Source of the DNA: the human T2T-CHM13v2.0 reference genome, Homo sapiens | Direction: 5' to 3' (one strand) | Assembly (NCBI RefSeq): GCF_009914755.1 | Contig: NC_060937.1 | DNA: 64,000 nt | Part shown: one piece after another, positions 57,250 through 64,000 of the stretch | Layout: each line of letters begins with the position of its first letter | Position numbering within the stretch: the first letter of the stretch is position 1 | Notes under the pieces: generated by a model | Told to the model about the DNA's origin: nothing | Database searches by the model: none | What the model saw: the letters and a program-made list of their open reading frames with translations, nothing else | Made by a program: the position numbers and the translations under genes

Positions 57250-58730
57250 CATGGTTTTGGGTTATTACACCAGGTAAAGAGGCTCAGCCTGTTGGCATTT
57301 TTCTGAAAGCAAGAGAAATGTGGAAGGGATAGTTGAAGAATAATGTAGATAGCAATTACAGCCTCATGGCCTATTCCAGAAACAAGGACTATAGAGGCTT
57401 TGTAGATTTTCTGTTTGCTTGGTATGTGTATACATTTATTTGTATGTCTTAGTGATTTTCTTCTCTCTCTTTCATTTATTATTTTACATACAAGTTTCTG
57501 AAGGTCGCATTTACAATTTAGCCTTTAGATAACAGAGTATTTGGTGGGACTTTGAATGACAATAACCCTTAGAATAGTGTGTCCTTTCATTTTGGGAAGA
57601 AGGTCAGAACTTCACGTATATGAAGGATAGCTACATCTGGTTGGGTGGAAAACTTCAGTGGTTTTGTTTTTGAGTAGAAGTTTAAATGTGTGTAGAAAAC
57701 TGTATGTGGAAGCTACGTAGCCAAAGGGTGGGCTGTACAGTTATCAATTTATTGTCTCTCAGCTCCAAATGCACTATTCTTTGCCCTGTTTTATGATACT
57801 GCAGCTGGACTCAACAGTTCCCACTTGCCTGCCAGGGGAATGTTAGACTTCGCCAGTAGTGGGCACAGGCATAACCATGCCAGGAAAATAGCAGCAGGAA
57901 GACCCTTCCCCTTCCATATACCAGTCCTTAAATAGTATTATTCAGAACAGGAGACCAGTAGCCAGCCGTGCAGATGAGCTCTAGTCATACCCTGAGCCCA
58001 TGATCTCCTTCCTTACCAGAAGCCACTTCTGAGCAGCACTATTCTGCCCACTCCTTCTCTCCTTCTGGCAACTGTGAGCCCTTTTTTTTTTTTTTTTATG
58101 ACAGTCTTGCTCTTTCACTCAGGCTGGAGCGCAGCAGTGTGATCTCAGCTAACTGCAACCTCTGACTCCCAGATTCAAGCGATTTTGCCACCTCAGCCTC
58201 CCAAGCAGCTGTGATTATAGGCGCCAGCCACCACACCCGGCTAAATTTTGTTTTGTTTTGTATTTTCAGTAGAGATGGGTTTTCACCACGTTGGTATGGC
58301 TGGTCTCAAACTCCTGACCTCAGGTGATCTGCCCACCTCAGCCTCCCAAAGTGCTGAGATTACAGGTCTGAGCCACCGCGCCCGGCCTGTAAGCCTCTTC
58401 TATAGACTAGAGCCAACCTCCACTCTGGCAACCTCATTCACCACCTGCAGGCTGTTGCATTCCATGGCAGCGGCTCCCCATCTGAAGAGATCAAAATCTC
58501 AGCCTGCGCTCAGGAAGCAGCCTTCTCTTTGTACTTACTTAGTTCTTTTATTGTCTGTGTTTTCACAGGCAATAGGTAGGTAGTAGCTGCTGTTTTACAC
58601 CTGATACTTCTGTATTCCTTTTGCCCATGTTCACAGATAACCACCTTCAACTAATAATGTTTTATATTGAACTTTTGCTTTTAGATAACTGCTGTGATTC
58701 TGTCTCCTGCCTAGACCCTGACTCATAAAC
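57250..58730 (+). mobile_element. ERVL internal 3' remnant with polypurine tract, then an LTR41-like LTR (from 57734) split by an Alu
   Basis: agccaaagggtgggc|TGtacagttatcaatttattgtctctcagctccaaat matches my recollection of the LTR41 start; LTR end ctgtctcctgcctagaccctgact. Confidence 0.7.
58082..58387 (-). mobile_element. AluSx-like
   Basis: Alu sequence; TSD-like tgtgagcc/tgtaagcc. Confidence 0.92.
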
Positions 58731-59401
58731 CCTATGAAAAGGAAATCATGTATGGTTTTTTTTCCAAGCAAATTGTCTTTTGCTCATTGGATTTATTAGG
58801 TTAGAAATACAGGTCCTAAATCAGACTGCATTTTGTTTTATAGTGTATAGTGTTTTTTTCTCTAAGCTCCTGTCCCCAAGAAGAAGAAGAGGATGTGCTA
58901 TGGAACCTGACTTTATCTATTATGAAATACACAATAGGAACCTAGATAGTTGAATTAACATTAAGATTTTATGAAATATTATTGCAAATAATTGCCAAAA
59001 GTCATAATACAATAGCTGGAGTGAAAACTGATGGTGGTTCATAAATTGTATTGGTTGGTCAATAAAGTTTGATGCAGCAAGTTCACTAAATTTTCATACA
59101 AATGAATCAGCAGCAAGTTCACTAAGTTTTCTCTTTTTAGGTCTTTTATTTTCAGAACTATAAAAAGCACTGTAACTCTCGGTGGTTAGGAAAAAGCTGG
59201 CATTCTTTTGTGTAGCAGATCTTTTTAGCAAAAGGATTTGTGATTGATCCCTGGACTCTAAACGCAGGGCAAAGATTTTGGATGGCTTTTCTTAAAAAAA
59301 CAATTTTAACACATAACGAGGCAGAAACTGGCCATTGGAATTACACTGAGCTCCTTAATCCCATTAAAATAAGCTGCGAACTCTAGCTGATGCTCTAGGG
59401 A

Positions 59402-59558
59402 AGCAGTTGTCAAACTTCAGTGTGCACTAGAATTGCTTGGTGGGCTTATCAAGTCACAGACTTCTGGATTCCACCCTGTTTCTAATTCAGTAGAATTTGC
59501 ATTCCTAACAAATTTTCATGTATGCTTGTGTAGGAACCAAACTTTAAGAACCAATGTT
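59402..59558. mobile_element. MER5-type hAT fragment
   Basis: cagttgtcaaacttcagtgtgcactagaat...tttgcattcctaacaa...actttaagaacca. Confidence 0.6.
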
Positions 59559-61123
59559 TTAGAGCAAGAGTTTATCTCCTCCCATTTTCACCCTTTCCTC
59601 CTATTTCATCCCAAACTATTTGCATGTGCTATTATTTTCCTGGGATCTATATTTTTGGTAGTGAATTCTGCCTTCAATTCCTGCAACTCTTTTTCTAGTA
59701 TTTTTGAAACTTGGCGAATTTTTTCTTTTTCTTTTCTTAATCATCTGGCCTAAACATCTCTCATTGCTATAGGCTTTCTGTTGTCTGCTTCAGTCCCCAG
59801 TGTCATGTTGCACTAATTTTCATTGCAGCCCCTTAGTCAATGTTCCTCTTCTCCTTCTCTCCTTCCCACCACTCCCTCTGCAAGCGCACAGGCACACTCT
59901 CTAATGCCGGTAATGAATGGTTGAAGTGGGATTTAGAGAGATTAGGATGTGTTGATCTTTTCAAATTAATCCATGCTGGGAACTAGAAGACCTTGAAGCA
60001 TTCTTTAATAATCCAATTTAGAATCCCCCTTGGGAAATGTGTGGAATGATCTTCCTATCTCTTTTGAATGTTAGATAATCTTTATTTTATTCCTGCATCT
60101 TTCACAGTCCCTCAAGTACACTGATACACAAGTTCTTATTCACATTACTTTGTTGTCCTTATCCTGCTTAATCTATCCTGAAATGTTCTATTCATCTCTA
60201 AGATTCATCTTAAGCATTGCCTTTTCTGAGAATTCCTCCTAGATGCTCTTCTCCACGTTGGTATAGCTAATATGCATCTCACAACTGACATGGAATTTAT
60301 GCAAGTTAGCAGACTTCATTCAGATTATTGATACGCTCTTTGCAACCTGTTCTTTAATTGTGACTTTCTACTCTTGACTAATATTAATTTCATGATTGTT
60401 CATTAAAAGATTGTTCTCCATTTTTGGAAAACATGAGAATAAGTAATAAGGACTATCCTTTCTCTGTGTCAGCACACCACTGACTCTCATTTGGGACTCA
60501 TTCTGTCAAGTTCATGTTTGTACCATGGGACTTAGGCCGGTTAAGAACAGGTTTGCAATATTTCTTCCTTGTTTAGACTTGATACTTCCTTTCCTGACCA
60601 CCATGGTTCCTGCTGCTTTTCCTCACTTCCTGTTTATGACCTCATCTTTGCCTCTTGGCCCTAGTGACTGAGATTGCTCTTCTAGTACTAACCAGAGGAT
60701 TATATGTGCCTATATGTGCCCAATCTGAGTAACCCCAATTCCTGGGACTGTAGTCCAGGGTGATAAATTAGTCTCACAGAAATTGGCTTGAAGAGTACTA
60801 CCAGTCAGTACTCTAACACATGTATTTTATACATTTGATTGTATAACTTCCAGTGATACATTTTCAGCAAAGGATAACAAGATATGAGAATAAAGGAGTA
60901 TTTCTCAACTAGTTCCATGAGAGAATTAGTCCTTATTGCACTAATACATCCATAATATACAAATAATTAACTTCTATCCTATACGTCTGGAGAGGTATTA
61001 GTTATGTGACCATCTTGGGCTAATAGAGAAAATTGTCACTGAAATCATTTTTTGATGTTGTGTGGCTCAGATGAGCAGAGAATGTGGCTTCTTGAGTCCC
61101 CCAGAGGACATGTGCTTGGTTGG

Positions 61124-61432
61124 TGCTATGGTCTGAAGTTTTGTGTCCCCTAAAATTAATATGTTGGACACTAATCACCAGGGTGATGGTTGTGAGAAGG
61201 TAAGGGCTTTAGGAAGTTATTAATGCCTTTATAAAAGAGACCTCAGAGAGCTGTCTTGCCCCATCCCTCATGCAAGGAGACAGGGAGAAGATGCCATCTG
61301 TGACCCAGAAAGTGAGCTGGCACCTGAGTCTTGGTCTTCCCAGCCTCCAAAACTGTGAGAAATAAATTGCTGTTGTTTTTGAGCCACTCAGTCTAAGGTA
61401 TCTTGTTATAGCAGCCCAAATGGACTAAGACA
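61124..61432 (+). mobile_element. MST/MLT1A-type MaLR solo LTR
   Basis: TG...CA ends; perfect 5-bp TSD GTTGG. Confidence 0.85.
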
Positions 61433-61920
61433 GTTGGTGGCAATAGTTTTGTAATCGTCCATGGGAAGGTTGTGTCACATCAAAGAACGTGCCCTATTGG
61501 AGCAGAGGAATATTTAAGCTTAAGCTTTAGAATCTCTCACTTGCATGAGCCTTTCCCAAGGCCTTGGGAGAGAGCACAGAAATATTGCATTTGTCAGTTT
61601 TTATTTCTTGTTAAGTAGGGCTCTCCCAACAAACTGTATGATGACTTACATGGCATCTAAACCTGTCTTAAGCAAACTATGCTATCTGGATCATCATCCC
61701 GGTTCTGGGTACAGTTTTTTAATGTCATAGACACAATCTTGCTACATGGTCCATAAAAATGATTGCCCTTGTCCGTGTACACTAGCACTGCAATCATTTC
61801 TCATTGGCACTAGGCAACAATGACCAATCTGCAAACATGCTCAAGGGGTGGCCAGCTCGGACCAACCACATTCACATGCCAGCGCTGGGAATGCAAATTT
61901 GATCTTCACCCCTCTTGAAG

Positions 61921-62118
61921 TTCCTCTTTCTTTCTTTCTTCCTTCCTCCCTCCCTCCCTCCCTGCCTCCCTCCCCTTCCTTCCTCCCTCCCTTCCTCCCT
62001 CCCTCCCTTCCTTCCTTCCTTGCCTCCTTCCTTCCTTCCTGTTGTCAAATGTAACAGAAAAGGAAGAAAGAAGAGAGGAAAGGCGTGAAGAAGGGAGGCA
62101 AGCAGGAAGGAAAGAAAC
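61921..62118. repeat. Polypyrimidine (TCCC/TTCC)n tract followed by a polypurine tract
   Basis: Seen directly. Confidence 0.9.
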
Positions 62119-62236
62119 AACTTACTATGTATGGTATTTAAAAATTAATCTCAGTTTATTATTTAGGCATTTGGTATCCTAGGACTCCTAGGGTTGCCTT
62201 GGTTATGTGTTTTTATTTTCACGATGTATACATGTC

Positions 62237-62267
<31 letters not shown>

Positions 62268-62272
62268 ATACA
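62237..62272. repeat. (TG)n(CG)3 alternating purine-pyrimidine tract
   Basis: Seen directly. Confidence 0.9.
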
Positions 62273-62929
62273 TAATAAAACTGTGAAGTTTTAAATGTGA
62301 GATTACCAAAAAGTACACTCTGAATCATATTGTTTCTTTTGATATTTCCCCATTCACTCTCATATTCACACATATGCTAAACCAATAAAACTCTAGTATA
62401 GAGCATTTACTTAGCATCTACTCAGTATTAGTGTGATTACTGTGCCATTTGAATTATATAATGAGAAATATATTTCTGTAGTTTTTAACTCTCTTGAATT
62501 ATATTAAAGTCTTACATGTTTTTCCTCTGAACTTTACAAATTTCCTAAATTTAAGAATATAAATTTCAAAATGAAATGACAAAAATGTAAGCTCCTTAAT
62601 GCTGTCTCTCTTATATCATCGGCCATTCTCACCTTCACACTTTATATTCCAACACAAGTGGGCTGCTTACACTTCTCTAGCCCAGTTGGTTACTAGGGAT
62701 AAGAGATAAGTGCATAGCAAAGGCATATCTTCCATATCCCATCCATATATATTCTCCTCTGTATGGGGAGTTAAATTGCTAATCGGCATGCCAAGAATTC
62801 TGACTTATGAAATATTGGCAAGGAGGTTTTCAATTCTAAAAGGTGGAGGATATTTAACTGTGATAACATCTTTAAACTATAACAATAAAATAAAACAAAG
62901 AAATATATATACTAGGATTAAATTCTTAA

Positions 62930-63210
62930 ATAAAACAAGTCAAATGTTGCTTATTCTTACTTATAAGTGGGAACTAAATAATTTATACACATGGACATAG
63001 AGTGTGGAGTAACAGATCTTGGAGACCTGGAAGGGTGGGAGGGTGGGAGAGAAGTGATGGTTGAGAAATTACTTGGTGGACACAATATATATTACTCAGG
63101 TGATCATTACACTAAAAGCCCAGACTTTACCACTATGCAATATATGCGTGTAATGAAACTGCACTTGTACCCCTTAAATTTATACAAATTTTTTAAAAAG
63201 ATTAAAAAAA
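62930..63210 (+). mobile_element. L1MA-type 3' end
   Basis: cttataagtgggaactaaataat...cacatggacatagagtgtgga...cactaaaagcccagactttaccactatgcaatatat. Confidence 0.85.
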
Positions 63211-64000
63211 ATTACTTACTATTGCAAAATATTGCAAAGATTGGATGCTTCAACTTTGCTTGCACTGGCAATCCTATTCATTCCAGGGAAGGTATTGTAT
63301 GTAAAGCTAGGAATAAACAGGTTCTAAATAAGACTCCTAGGATTGTGGCTCTTTACCTTGTTTTGGACACTTACTGATAACATTTTTGGGAAATATAATC
63401 TTGACTGTCCCATAGGAAATAAGATCATCCTGCACTTTTTTTTCCCTAATGGAAAGTAAATATTTTATCTGAAGCAGAATAGAAAGCCAATTTTACATAA
63501 ATGGTATGCAAAATGAATGTATTGGTTTTAGACCATTGTTGCTTGTGTTCAAATAAATTAAAAAAAGCCCTACAAGAGAAATGACCTTTAAAAGGTCACT
63601 AAAGAGAAAAGAAGATGAGTCACAAACCACCCTCAGCAGAGCTGAAAACTGGGGCAATTCCCCAGAACTCAGTGTGTGGGAGGTGGTGGTGGAGAGGGTT
63701 ACCACGCAGCTAACAAGCCCCTAGCAACCACAGGGCGGTGACTCAGGGCAGAGACTCTCTTCAGCAAGAGAGGAAATGGCTCAGCCACTTCGAAAGACAG
63801 ACCTGAGATCTGCATCTACACTATCAGCACATGACAGCCTCCATCATCTTCAAAGGAAAAGGTTGGACTGTCTCTCCCTTATTCTTCCTAAAAAAACACA
63901 CCAGTTGCCACTAATCTTCATGTTAATGCAATTCCACCTGTATAGAAACTTTGGTCCATTAGCTGGAATGAAGCGTGAGTCTGTGATGTTTGTCCCAGCT

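Noticed and set aside
59125-59156. Tandem plus-strand acceptor-like sites (tttttag|gtcttttattttcag|)
   Set aside because: No convincing partner donor or reading frame found; common in T-rich DNA.

Overview
This is human/primate genomic DNA, AT-rich and dense in repeats. One protein-coding exon is supportable: a 71-nt first coding exon on the minus strand (17843->17773). It reads MVSKMIIENFEALKSWLSKTLEP(I), the N-terminus (start of the PWI domain) of RBM26, and ends at a canonical AT|GTGAGT donor. The ORF track misses it. Positions 1-17772 are RBM26 intron 1; exon 2 is not in the window. A CpG island (~17.5-18.7 kb) is a bidirectional promoter with TCTCGCGAGA, YY1-like and ETS motifs. It probably also drives the divergent lncRNA RBM26-AS1 on the plus strand; that extent is recalled, not verified. 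The rest is interspersed repeats (about 20 Alus, L1M fragments, solo LTRs, DNA transposons), a 3'-truncated 5S rRNA pseudogene and simple repeats. I see no new protein family or multi-gene system; nearly all listed ORFs are repeat-derived noise. The best leads are: a candidate poison exon in RBM26 intron 1; two 5'UTR G4 motifs and a weak first AUG versus a stronger Met5; early poly(A) signals on the divergent transcript; a spacerless tail-to-tail Alu hairpin on a palindromic target site; a three-level LTR16>Alu>LTR22 nest; a 63-bp duplication abutting an AluY; and several perfect hairpins. Repeat subfamily names come from recalled consensus sequences and need RepeatMasker/Dfam confirmation.
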